Shown one piece after another: positions 10,531 through 21,785 of a DNA stretch of 60,554 nucleotides (positions are counted from its first letter, which is position 1; each line of letters begins with the position of its first letter). The notes beneath the pieces were generated by a model. It had not been told where the DNA came from, searched no databases, and saw nothing but the letters and a program-made list of their open reading frames with translations. Where the stretch lies: positions 16,146,438 to 16,206,991 of the forward strand of contig NC_068991.1 in the NCBI RefSeq assembly GCF_001194135.2. Direction: 5' to 3'. The position numbers and the translations under genes were made by a program. Origin of the DNA: Octopus bimaculoides (Eukaryota).

Positions 10531-11361
10531 TTAACCCTTTCGTTACAATAGTTCTGACCAAAAACACTGCCTTTGTTTCAATTAATTTCAAAGATTATAA
10601 AAAATTTAGTAAAAATAATTGTCATTATCAATCTGATGATTAAGGCAGCAATCTGGCAGAATTGTTAGCATGCCAGGCAACATGCTTAGCAGCATTTTGT
10701 CCGTCTTTCTATATTCATCATCATCATCGTTTAACGTCCGCTTTCCATGCTAGCATGGGTTGGACGATTTGACTGAGGACTGGTGAACCAGATGGCTACA
10801 CCAGGCTCCAATCTGATTTGGCAGAGTTTCTACAGCTGGATGCCCTTCCTAACGCCAACCACTCCGAGAGTGTAGTGGGTGCTTTTATGTGCCACCGGCA
10901 CAAAGGCCAGTCAGGAGGTACTGGTAACGGCCACGCTCAAAATGGTGTATTTTACGTGCCACCTGCACAGGAGCCAGTCCAGCGGCACTGGCAACGATCT
11001 CACTCGAATGTCTTTTCACATGCCACTGGCACAAGTGCCAGGAAGGCGATGTTGGTAACAGTCACGCTCAAATGGTGCTCTGAGTTCAAATTCTTTCACA
11101 GTCTACTTTGTCTTTCATCCTTTCAGGGTCAATGAAGTAAGTACCAGTTATGTACTGGGGTTAATATAATTGACTAGCACCTCCCCTAAAATTTAAGACC
11201 TTGGGCCTATAGTAGAGAGGATTATTAATCTAATGATTGGAACATAAAATAACATGAAATTTAGATGAAAAGTGTTTTAGATCACAGCACAAGGGGCTGG
11301 TATTAAAACAGAAAGCTTGTATCATAGAACCAAGTGGCAAGGTTAGTACCGAGAGGGTTAA
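10531..11361. mobile_element. TTAA-flanked piggyBac-like MITE (E2) carrying nested SINE C and family D
   Basis: TTAA|ccctttcgttac ... gtaccgagaggg|TTAA. SINE C at 10640-11225 is split by D at 10722-11075. Confidence 0.75.
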
Positions 11362-11458
11362 AACAGGAAAGTTTTGCAACACAGAACAGTGGACAGCCTT
11401 GGGCAGGTTTGTATCAACAAGGTTAAAAAAAAAGGAAGTCTGTATCACAAAACTAGAG

Positions 11459-11683
11459 AACTCTTTAGCATTTAAACTGGCCATAACCGGCCCAATATTC
11501 TATGTGCTTTATGCTAAAACTGACCAGATCCAACATCTCACACCTCCTCAGCAATATCATTCTAAAAATATACTGTCTCAACATCAATATCATGAAGCTA
11601 CAAGATAATGCATGATTAATTCAAAACAACATGAATAAATAAGCATTATATTTGATGAAGTAAGCTGAATGTTAAAGGGTTAA
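11459..11683. mobile_element. TTAA-flanked piggyBac-like MITE (E1)
   Basis: aactctttagcatt ... aatgttaaagggTTAA; other copies at 31467-31713, 31929-32470, 38543-38769 and 47865-48088. Confidence 0.75.
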
Positions 11684-12354
11684 GGCAGGTTTGTGTGAAG
11701 AGAGTTAAGCAGCTGTCTCCTGTCTTAATGCCTTGTAAATGAAGTTTGGTACAGACAGAATAGCAATCACGAAATATGGATATCGATATGCTAATAAAGT
11801 CATGTAAAATGATTCTGAACAAATATGTATCAGGCTTCATTAGAGTCTTTACAAATAAACATTTTGATGTAGGCCAAGAAATATTGATTTATGAAAGCTC
11901 CTATACAAATGTTTTTTAAAAGAGTTCTAAATTTTCAATTCAATACTAACTGAGTTGTGCGTATGAAGTTTATACCAATAGAAAGGGTACACAGTATAAT
12001 TGTTTTGATTCATTTCAATTTGCTTTATTTCCATTTTGTGATAAACGCATTAAGTGATAACCACAGCTGTTTTATGCAATATATCCATATAGAAAAATTG
12101 ATGTATAAACTTCAAAGAATATATCCTCAATATGAAGAGTTCAATTAATACATTGTTGTTAGACCAGAATACTTTATTATACTGCAATAAATCCAAGTGT
12201 GACCAACTTGGGTTTATATACATGATCAACTAAAACAATCTTTAAGAACAACATATTTTAGCATAAAAAGCATAAAATTGCATATAGAGTTCATACTTTA
12301 ATTGTAGTCAACAGCTGTTTCATTATGATAAACACAATGAAATGTATAATAATC

Positions 12355-12540
12355 ATCATCATCGTTTAACGTCCGCCCTCCATGCTAGCATGGGTTGGAC
12401 GATTTGACTGAGGACTGGTGAAACCGGATGGCAACACCAGGCTCCAATCTAATTTGGCAGAGTTTCTACAGCTGGATGCCCTTCCTAACGCCAACCACTC
12501 AGAGAGTGTAGTGGGCGCTTTTACGTGTCACCCGCACAAA
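12355..12540 (-). mobile_element. family D element whose internal unit is expanded into a minisatellite
   Basis: catcatcatcgtttaacgtccgcc... consensus runs directly into the 60-bp array. Confidence 0.85.
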
Positions 12541-13403
12541 AACGGCCACGCTCGAAATGGTGTCTTTTATGTGCCACCCGCACAAGAGCCAGTCCAGGGG
12601 CACCGGCAACGATCCCGCTCGGAAGATTTTATGTGTCGCCCGCACATGAGCCAATCCACGGGCACTGGCAACGATCCCGCTCGAGAGACTTCATGTGTCA
12701 CCCGCACAAGAGCCAGCCCAGGGGCACCAGCAACGATCCCGCCCGAAAGATTCCATGTGTCGCCCGCACACGAGCCAGCCCAGGGGCAANNNNNNNNNNN
12801 NNNNNNNNNNNNNNNNNNNNNNNNNNNNNNNNNNNNNNNNNNNNNNNNNNNNNNNNNNNNNNNNNNNNNNNNNNNNNNNNNNNNNNNNNNNNNNNNNNNN
12901 NNNNNNNNNNNNNNNNNNNNNNNNNNNNNNNNNNNNNNNNNNNNNNNNNNNNNNNNNNNNNNNNNNNNNNNNNNNNNNNNNNNNNNNNNNNNNNNNNNNN
13001 NNNNNNNNNNNNNNNNNNNNNNNNNNNNNNNNNNNNNNNNNNNNNNNNNNNNNNNNNNNNNNNNNNNNNNNNNNNNGCCAGCCCAGGGGCACCAGCAACG
13101 ATCCCGCTCGAAGAAATTTCATGTGTCACCAGCACAAGAGCCAGTCCAGGGGGACTGGCAACGATCTCGCTCGAAAAACCTCATGCGTCACCCGCACAAG
13201 AGCCAGTCCAGGGGCACCGGCAACGATCCCGCTCGGAAGATTTTATGTGTCGCCCGCACATGAGCCAATCCACGGGCACTGGCAACGATCCCGCTCGAGA
13301 GACTTCATGTGTCACCCGCACAAGAGCCAGCCCAGGGGCACCAGCAACGATCCCGCCCGAAAGATTCCATGTGTCGCCCGCACACGAGCCAGCCCAGGGG
13401 CAA
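12540..13403 (+). repeat. GC-rich ~60-bp minisatellite interrupted by an N gap
   Basis: Unit ~ttttatgtgtcacccgcacaagagccagtccaggggcaccggcaacgatcccgctcggaaga, about 4 units left and 5-6 right of the gap. Confidence 0.92.
12790..13076. other. assembly gap (others: 15619-16490, 17752-18125, 23596-24170, 25021-25688, 44748-44842, 53265-53433, 54500-54584)
   Basis: N runs; most abut (TA)n or other repeats. Confidence 1.
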
Positions 13404-13569
13404 ATTGTAAAACAGTGTTTACTCAAACCATCAAGAATATTATGCTATGTTAATCAGAAAAACATTACTGTTTATATAACAGAGGAGAATTTTACATGCT
13501 GCCTCTCTGCTGTTGCAAAACATTGACACTAAGGTGTGAAACTCAAACTTAAGTCTATCATTGTCATCA

Positions 13570-14188
13570 TCATCATCATCATCGTTTAACGTCTGCTTTC
13601 CATGCTAGCATGTGTTGGACGAAGCCAGAAGGCTGCACCAGGCTCCAGTCTGATCTGGCAGAGTTTCTACAGCTGGATGCCCTTCCCAATGCCAACCACT
13701 CTGAGAGTGTAGTGGGTGCTTTTACGTGCCACCGGCACGAAGGCCAGGCAGGCAGTACTGGCAACGGCCACGCTCTAAATGGTGTATTTTATGTGCCACT
13801 TGCACAGGAGCCAGTCCAGCGGCACTGGCAACGATCTCGCTCGAATGTCTTTACAAGTGCCAGGAAGGCAACGCTGGGCACAAGTGTCATCACGATTTTG
13901 CTTTTGCTTGCCACGACAGGTCTTCGCAAGCCGAGTTTCATGTCCAATGAAGGAGACGACATTGGCATGGATGCCAGTCGTCGAATTTAGTTCGATTTCG
14001 ATTGCCTCAACAGGTCTTTGCAGGCGGAGTTTAGTGTCCAATGAAGGAAAGGTACACATAGGTGGGCTGGCCACACTCCTGACAAAGGCCTTGGATTTAG
14101 GTCTCACTTGGCTTGCCAGGTCTTCTCATGCACAGCATATTTCCAAAGGTCTCGGTCAGAAGTCATCGCCTCGGTGATGCCCAAAGTT
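13570..14188 (-). mobile_element. RTE-clade LINE 3' fragment (last RT codons + 3'UTR + (GAT)n tail)
   Basis: Its 13920-14188 part is the reverse complement of 35180-35430, which follows RTE RT coding sequence. It is contiguous with the family D motif, linking D to the RTE 3' end. Confidence 0.8.
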
Positions 14189-14196
14189 CAAAGGTC

Positions 14197-14227
<31 letters not shown>

Positions 14228-14879
14228 CATTCCAAGATTTTTAATCAAGACATCTATTTACACTTAAAGATTGTGCCTTTGCAATGCATTTTTAGTAAGA
14301 TGGCCAGCAAGATAATCACCAGATGGAAGTGGATGAGTCTATTTTAAATTCTTGAAGAGGTGGCAATATTGTAGTCACCAGGTGAAAATGGGTGAGTCTA
14401 TTTTTGATGCTCAGAGGGGATACTGTAGTTGGCTGGTGCATGCAGGCATATCAATTTTAGATACTGTAGTTTGTTACAATGTATTCCTGAATATTCTGTT
14501 AATTCTATTCTATTTCCTCTATATTCCCATCCATTTCAACAATGAATATACCAGTACTTGCTTATTGACTTAAAAATCAGCAAAGAGCTAATGGCAGAAT
14601 TTGGCACCTTTACTGGTTTACAGGTAAGTGCTCTACCTGCATCACATTCTTGCATTCGACTTCCTCATTCTTATTTTGCAAAATAAAAAACTCAGATGGA
14701 ATCCAAGCAGGAGCAACTATCACATCCTGCTGGTTATAAGCCATTGGTTACCGAATACACTAGAATACACAACAATAGAACTACTACTAGGCATTTTAGA
14801 CCATCACCTACTGAAAGTGCCTTTTGTGTATGGCAAACAAAGAAAAAGTCAAGACTTTAGGATGAACAAAATACAATTT

Positions 14880-15320
14880 TTAAAAGGGGAATTATTAAAT
14901 GATCAAAATTGGAAGAATAACCAAATTCTTAGACTATTGACAACAGAAATTCTGGGAGTGCTTTATCAACAATGACGGTTAATATTTTTGAAGTAAAGAA
15001 AATTGTACAGGATTTAAAAATAAACAGATTTTAAAGGTACAGCACGAGAATGTGAAAGATTTATGAAAAGACACAATTTACAATTGCATACAAGAACTAG
15101 AATTTCCCAGAAAATGTCCAAAGCTTGTGAAGATAAAATATTGGAATTTCACAAGTTTCATGATAGACGAAAAAGCAGAAAGGTTTTGAAATGGCACAAA
15201 ATTGAAAACAAAGATGAAATTCCGCTCAATTTTGGTGGATCCAAAACTATCACAAAACAACTGGACATTAAAAACATATTATACAATCCTTCTGGCTTAT
15301 AGAGCTTGTAGGAGTATGAG
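14880..15320 (+). mobile_element. decayed pogo/Tigger-type transposase fragment
   Basis: FMKRHNLQLHTRTRISQKMSKACEDKILEFHKF...IENKDEIPLNF...KTYYTILLA resembles the pogo CENP-B HTH end plus the GNMDExPLTF first-Asp motif. Frameshifted. Confidence 0.75.
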
Positions 15321-15577
15321 AGCATGTGTTGTAACAGTACATCACTGCATCCACCATTTGTTGGTGATTCACAACTCTTGGTAGATAACACCTTTGCATC
15401 ACTCATGTAACAACACACATCTTTATCTGTTATTTGCTTCAACCATTAGACTGTGGCCATGCTGGGGCACCTCCGTGAAAAATTATCATCAAATGAATAT
15501 CGTACCTGATATTCTTTTTTAAAGCCTGGGGGACAAACACCGACACAAGACACACATAGTTATATATCTTTTACTTG

Positions 15578-15618
<41 letters not shown>

Positions 15619-16611
15619 NNNNNNNNNNNNNNNNNNNNNNNNNNNNNNNNNNNNNNNNNNNNNNNNNNNNNNNNNNNNNNNNNNNNNNNNNNNNNNNNNN
15701 NNNNNNNNNNNNNNNNNNNNNNNNNNNNNNNNNNNNNNNNNNNNNNNNNNNNNNNNNNNNNNNNNNNNNNNNNNNNNNNNNNNNNNNNNNNNNNNNNNNN
15801 NNNNNNNNNNNNNNNNNNNNNNNNNNNNNNNNNNNNNNNNNNNNNNNNNNNNNNNNNNNNNNNNNNNNNNNNNNNNNNNNNNNNNNNNNNNNNNNNNNNN
15901 NNNNNNNNNNNNNNNNNNNNNNNNNNNNNNNNNNNNNNNNNNNNNNNNNNNNNNNNNNNNNNNNNNNNNNNNNNNNNNNNNNNNNNNNNNNNNNNNNNNN
16001 NNNNNNNNNNNNNNNNNNNNNNNNNNNNNNNNNNNNNNNNNNNNNNNNNNNNNNNNNNNNNNNNNNNNNNNNNNNNNNNNNNNNNNNNNNNNNNNNNNNN
16101 NNNNNNNNNNNNNNNNNNNNNNNNNNNNNNNNNNNNNNNNNNNNNNNNNNNNNNNNNNNNNNNNNNNNNNNNNNNNNNNNNNNNNNNNNNNNNNNNNNNN
16201 NNNNNNNNNNNNNNNNNNNNNNNNNNNNNNNNNNNNNNNNNNNNNNNNNNNNNNNNNNNNNNNNNNNNNNNNNNNNNNNNNNNNNNNNNNNNNNNNNNNN
16301 NNNNNNNNNNNNNNNNNNNNNNNNNNNNNNNNNNNNNNNNNNNNNNNNNNNNNNNNNNNNNNNNNNNNNNNNNNNNNNNNNNNNNNNNNNNNNNNNNNNN
16401 NNNNNNNNNNNNNNNNNNNNNNNNNNNNNNNNNNNNNNNNNNNNNNNNNNNNNNNNNNNNNNNNNNNNNNNNNNNNNNNNNNNNNNNNNNCTATCAAGTG
16501 ATCACAAAGTAATATCAACCTTTACTTGTTTAAAAAAACACACAAAAAGGTCAGAGAAAAAAACGATATTTTACTTTGTATTTATTGATTAAAAAAATGT
16601 GGATTTCCTAC

Positions 16612-16657
16612 CTTGTGTAGATTTGATCATGGTGCAATGGACATTCAAGGAATACAT
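16612..16657 (-). CDS. candidate start-codon exon of BAX (MYSLNVHCTMIKSTQ-E, or from the second ATG at 16630)
   Basis: In-frame ATGs at 16657 and 16630 run to CAAG|GTAGGA(16611) in phase 1; G+AA gives Glu on joining exon 8985. It lies ~400 bp downstream of the p53-site cluster. No homology support. Confidence 0.3.
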
Positions 16658-17053
16658 AATATAAATAGGGAACTAGTTTGGATGATGTTGGATGAAGAAG
16701 AAAGCGATAATGATTGTGATGGTGGTAATGATGATGGATATTAATTATTCACTTGAAGACTGGGCCGTCTCCAAAAACAATTTCCTTCTCACAGCACATT
16801 ACAGCTGATCTATTATTATTTTTTTTTTTTGTTTCGTCACGAATAAACAAACCAGTTTTTCTTTAAAATAAATTGTTTTTATTTTCAGTGTGCACTAAAA
16901 AAAAACGATGTCTTTTTACAATAATATCTCAATATTTTTTTTTTCTTTTCTTAAGCCATTGCTAGAGACTTTTTTTTTTCCACTTTTTACTTTCACTTCA
17001 ATACACCACCAACTGATATGTTTTCACCCAAGTTTCACCTTTCAATATCCTTC

Positions 17054-17710
17054 AGGCAAGTCTTCTTCACATATTTTTATACTGCAGCCATGCTAGACAT
17101 GATATTACAAGCTTACAGACAGGTCTTCTTCATATGAGATTTTACTTCACAGCCAAGCTAGACACTTACAAAAGTTCTTTCACTTCAACAAAGATCTAGC
17201 CAACATTTTGTTTGCTGGGATTTTTTTTTTTCCTGTTTATTTTCCTTTTATACTTCAGTCAAGCGAATCAAGTTTCGGCAAGCTCTTTAAACTTTAACTA
17301 CGCTACACGCAACTTTACTTCAACCAAGCAGCAGCAGCAACAAGACAACTTTGTGCATGCACGTTCCTTTCACTTTCAGACTTACTTCAGACAAGATTCA
17401 ACCTGTTCTGTCTTCAGCCAAGCCACAGACACGTCTGAACAGATAACATCCCCGCACCAAGTTATAAACAAGTCTTGACACGTTCTGTTAAGGGGCTTGC
17501 ACAGACTTGCACTATGCAAGGCCCCCCCCCCACTTCCATAAAACACGTCTCAACATGGCTGTGCAAGCCTTCTTTCACTAAACAAGTCTCAACATGTTCT
17601 ATGAATGCTGGGAACATGTCTGTGCAGGCTTTTGTTACTGCTTCAGCGTGCAGCTGAAGACAAGTTTCAACATGAAATTTTAAAATTCAAAGTTGTTTCG
17701 AAACAGGTTC
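17054..17710. promoter_or_regulatory. homotypic cluster of p53/p63/p73-type response elements (RRRCWWGYYY)
   Basis: Perfect decamers at 17054 AGGCAAGTCT, 17466 AAACAAGTCT, 17580 AAACAAGTCT, 17612 GAACATGTCT and 17658 AGACAAGTTT. Many 1-2 mismatch decamers sit back-to-back with zero spacer, e.g. 17580-17599 AAACAAGTCT|CAACATGTTC. Confidence 0.75.
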
Positions 17711-18254
17711 CTGGCACATTAAGTCTAAAAAGTATATAAATGCATATAACGNNNNNNNNNNNNNNNNNNNNNNNNNNNNNNNNNNNNNNNNNNNNNNNNN
17801 NNNNNNNNNNNNNNNNNNNNNNNNNNNNNNNNNNNNNNNNNNNNNNNNNNNNNNNNNNNNNNNNNNNNNNNNNNNNNNNNNNNNNNNNNNNNNNNNNNNN
17901 NNNNNNNNNNNNNNNNNNNNNNNNNNNNNNNNNNNNNNNNNNNNNNNNNNNNNNNNNNNNNNNNNNNNNNNNNNNNNNNNNNNNNNNNNNNNNNNNNNNN
18001 NNNNNNNNNNNNNNNNNNNNNNNNNNNNNNNNNNNNNNNNNNNNNNNNNNNNNNNNNNNNNNNNNNNNNNNNNNNNNNNNNNNNNNNNNNNNNNNNNNNN
18101 NNNNNNNNNNNNNNNNNNNNNNNNNATATATATATATATATATATATATAAAATGGTATTTTTGCTGCAACTTGAATGTTTAGACCACAATGTAGTCTGC
18201 TGTGGCATGTTGAGTATACGACTACTTCACTGCTCCACTTCACATTTCTTCAGC

Positions 18255-18600
18255 AACTTATACGTAGCTAACTAACTACCATCAATACCACCAACTATAT
18301 ACCCTTACAGTTAACCCTACCACCACTCCTCGGCTATTGCTACCACCACTCTCACTACTACTACTACTACTACTTCTACCACCTCTATACCCGTTTCACT
18401 GTGACCATCATTATTCTGCCACCACTACCATTCCTCTCGCTGCTACCCCTACTACATATACCACTACTCTGCTCCAGTCACTGCTACCATCACTCCTCAG
18501 CTACCACTATCTCTGCAACTACTATCCCTATCACCACCAACACCATATTCACCATTGTAATTATTTTCTGCCACTACATTCATGACCAACTTCTACCATA
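18255..18600 (+). repeat. degenerate (ACT/ACC)n trinucleotide tract
   Basis: Direct sequence. Confidence 0.8.
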
Positions 18601-19344
18601 CTTTTGTGGTGAGTGGCCACGACTGAGTTGGTAGGCCCCAAAAGTATTTCCTATGATCTGACATGTTTTTCACAGAATATAGAAATGCCACCCTTCACCA
18701 TTGGCCAACTAGTAGTTTTGTTTTATTATGAGGGTGATCTATATGCAAGATATGATGCAAACTGCACATTTTATATGTACTTATGTCTTGAGTAAGACAT
18801 TAAACTACATCTGACAGTGAAGCTCCAATTATGAGTTTGTGTTTAGGGTAGTACAGAATTAACTTTTAATCACTACTATTTCCAGGTCCACTTTGATTCA
18901 GGGAGGTAGTGCCAGTCAAGTGCTTGAACATTAGATCAAAAACCAAAGGATATCCCTGTAGTTACGATATACAGGAGTTGGAGAAGGGCTGGCCCCTAGC
19001 CATTTATCACACAGGTTCTCCTATGTGTGGACATGCCTTGACATTGCATAAACTTGCATAAGTGTTAAACAGACCACCTGCCTCATGATTAAGCCCACAA
19101 GAGACAACAGAATAGACTGAACTGACAAATGACCAAAGGAAACAATTTTATCTTCCCCATCAAAAATTCAGAATTTTCAGGCTCTAGCATAGAGAGAGAG
19201 AGAGAGAGAGAGTGTGTGTTTTGGTTCCTTTTAGTCCATCATACAGCTATGCTTGTATGCCATTGTTATTTCTATCTGTGGACTAAATGGAGTATCTGTG
19301 ATACTAAACTAAGAATGTTCATCTTTTGTTTTTCTTTCATAGCT

Positions 19345-19640
19345 ATAAACATCAAAACATTGCATAGAGTGGGCAGAAGACCAAAGAGATTTATGGACAC
19401 ATTCCACTCATCTCTAGTGATATTGCTCAGTCCAGGGTAAGCTTTGCCGGTTACTGCGTTCATGCTGAACAACCTGATACCATATCAGATGATGTATTTT
19501 AGAGACTAGCGCACCCCAATAGAAGACACAGACTACTCATCTACACTGATGTTATTGGCAAAGACACACAACAGAAAATTGAGGACCTACCAAAGCTAGC
19601 CGGGGAACTGAGATTCCTAGCATGGCAGGCTATGACATCT
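19345..19640 (+). mobile_element. decayed non-LTR retrotransposon RT C-terminus (RTE-like)
   Basis: QNIA*SGQKTKEIYGHIPLISSDIAQSRVSFAGYCVHAEQPDTISDDVF*RLAHPNRRHRLLIYTDVIGKDT resembles the RxRFAGHC...LLW...RGR post-RT region. Confidence 0.7.
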
Positions 19641-19732
19641 TGGTTGCGGCCACTTGAAGCAGAATGTCTTCTATTTGTCTTGTAAGTGTTGCGGAGATGT
19701 TGTATACAAATCATATTTACATACGCTGTGCG

Positions 19733-19769
<37 letters not shown>

Positions 19770-20636
19770 TATGTTTATATGTTTATGTTGTTGAATATGA
19801 AGGTTGTATTTGATATTTTCTCTCACTCTTCCTCTCTCTCTATGTTGTTTGTATCAAGGCAGACAGTGGATTTGGTAGGTGCTATTTTAAGTCTGTTGTT
19901 GTGGAGCCAAATTTCTGAAGTGATTTCTATCACGTTGGAGCAGTTTATTCAGCAGTATCTGAAGACTGATGGGAGGAAGTGAGCATGGTGTGATCTGCAT
20001 ATGAGGTTGTGTACATGCTTTCTGGAAATGGGGGATGGCTCCAGGACAGATAGCTGATGGCATTTGGCTGAACAGGTATTTCACCAGTGGACATTCAATC
20101 AAATCCATTAAGATTTGTGATTAAATTAAAGGTTGATATTTATAATAAATTTGCCATTTGCAATGGGTATGCAGCACACACCTAGCACACCTGGAATATA
20201 TGCCCCTGGTGTCTGCCCACTTGAAGTTGAAAGTACATTTCTTAAAAAGAATCTCTTAGCAGTATAGGTGTGAAGCAAATGGTCACTCTCCGACCAGCCA
20301 TAACAAAAGTTTATGAACACACACACACACGTCACAAATGTATTTTAACTAACCTAAAGTTCCTATATATATTCTTCAAGTGCCTTCTTACAATCCAGTA
20401 TCAATCACTCCCACTCTTCCTCCTCCATCTCCCACTTTGTAATAAATAAAGAGCTTTACATAGAAATTATATTAGAAAGGCAGAACCAACAAGCATAACA
20501 TCTGGAACCACTTTAGAGCATGGATTTATGATTCAAACATAATTGCAGCAACTTGTTATGGATATGAAAAATATCCATTCTCCTCATCATTATTAATGCT
20601 TATATATATAGATATATATAAATATAAATACTCTCT

Positions 20637-20807
20637 CTTTTTTACTCTTTTACTTGTTTCAGTCATTTGACAGCGGCCATGCTGGAGCACCACCTTTAGT
20701 CGAAGAAATCAACCCCAGGACTTATTCTTTGTAAGCCTAGTACTTATTCTATCGGTCACTGTTGCTGAACCTCTAAGTTACAGGGACGTAAACACAGACA
20801 CACAAAC

Positions 20808-20854
<47 letters not shown>

Positions 20855-21020
20855 CACGACGGGCTTCTTTCAGTTTCCGTCTACCAAATCCACTCACAAG
20901 GCTTTGGTTGGCCCAAAGCTATAGTAGAAGACACTTGCCCAAGGTGCCACGGAGTGGGGCTGAACCCGGAACCATGTGGTTGGTAAGCAACCTACTTACC
21001 ACACGCCACTCCTGCACCTA
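20637..21020 (-). mobile_element. SINE family A
   Basis: Full consensus with internal (TA)n. Confidence 0.88.
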
Positions 21021-21574
21021 TATATATATATAAACAAATATACATGCATACATACTTGTAAAAAAAAATTACTTTCTCTCTTTATTCACCACTTTCTTTT
21101 TGGTGTCATTTTTCTAAATAATGATTATTCCACCACCACCACCACCACCACCACAACCACCACCGTCACACCTAGTATCATTTTCTCATGCAGGTGATAA
21201 AACGATTATGGATGTGGTAGTTATGGAATGAACTGAATTGACTTTAGAATATAAATAACTTTGACCTTAAAACAAGGAAGAGTTGAGAAGACATTTTTAT
21301 GAAAAAATGATTTTCTGTCAACAGCTTATTAGTATTGTATTTTCTCTTGTTAGGCACAATGGCCCCGTGGTTAGGGCAGCGGACTCACGGTCGGAGGATT
21401 GTGGTTTCGAATCCCAGACCGGGCGTTGTGTGTGTTTATTGAGCAAAAACACCTAAAGCTCCATGAGGTTCCAGCAGGGAACAGTTATATACAGTTAAGT
21501 GAAGGCACATATATACAGTTATATACAGTCAAGTGAAGTTAAGTGATATGATTGATGTAGAATTATAATATAAT

Positions 21575-21785
21575 CCTTTCTACTAAAGGCACAAGGCCTG
21601 AAATTTTGGAGGGAGGGGACTTGTCAATTATAACGACCCCAGTGTTTCACTGGTACTTAATTTATCGACCCCAAAATGATGAAAGGCAGAGACGACCTTG
21701 GCAGAATTTGAACTCAGAACATGAAGACAGATGAAAGACTGCTAAGCATTTTACCCAGTGTCCTAATGATTCTGCCACTCGCCAC
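21575..21785 (-). mobile_element. SINE family C
   Basis: taatcctttctactaaaggcacaaggcctgaaatttt...gattctgccactcgccacc. Confidence 0.85.

Noticed and set aside
12540-13403. CRISPR-like repeat array
   Set aside because: Units are contiguous with no unique spacers, the context is eukaryotic, and there are no cas genes.
12418-13526. Long ORFs (281-333 aa) over the tandem array
   Set aside because: They are translations of the 60-bp minisatellite plus N runs inside a retroelement 3' end; no domain signature.
15575-16518. ORF-track entries full of X (also at 17.7k, 23.5k, 24.9k and 53.2k)
   Set aside because: Artefacts of translating assembly gaps and (TA)n.
17380-17390. Strong minus-strand donor GTAAGT at 17385 as BAX coding exon 1
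   Set aside because: The phase-1 frame has TGA immediately upstream; it could only be non-coding and has no other support.
19860-20100. Additional LINE 3' fragments (also 48240-48440)
   Set aside because: They resemble each other weakly and look like decayed LINE ends, but I could not read a diagnostic motif.
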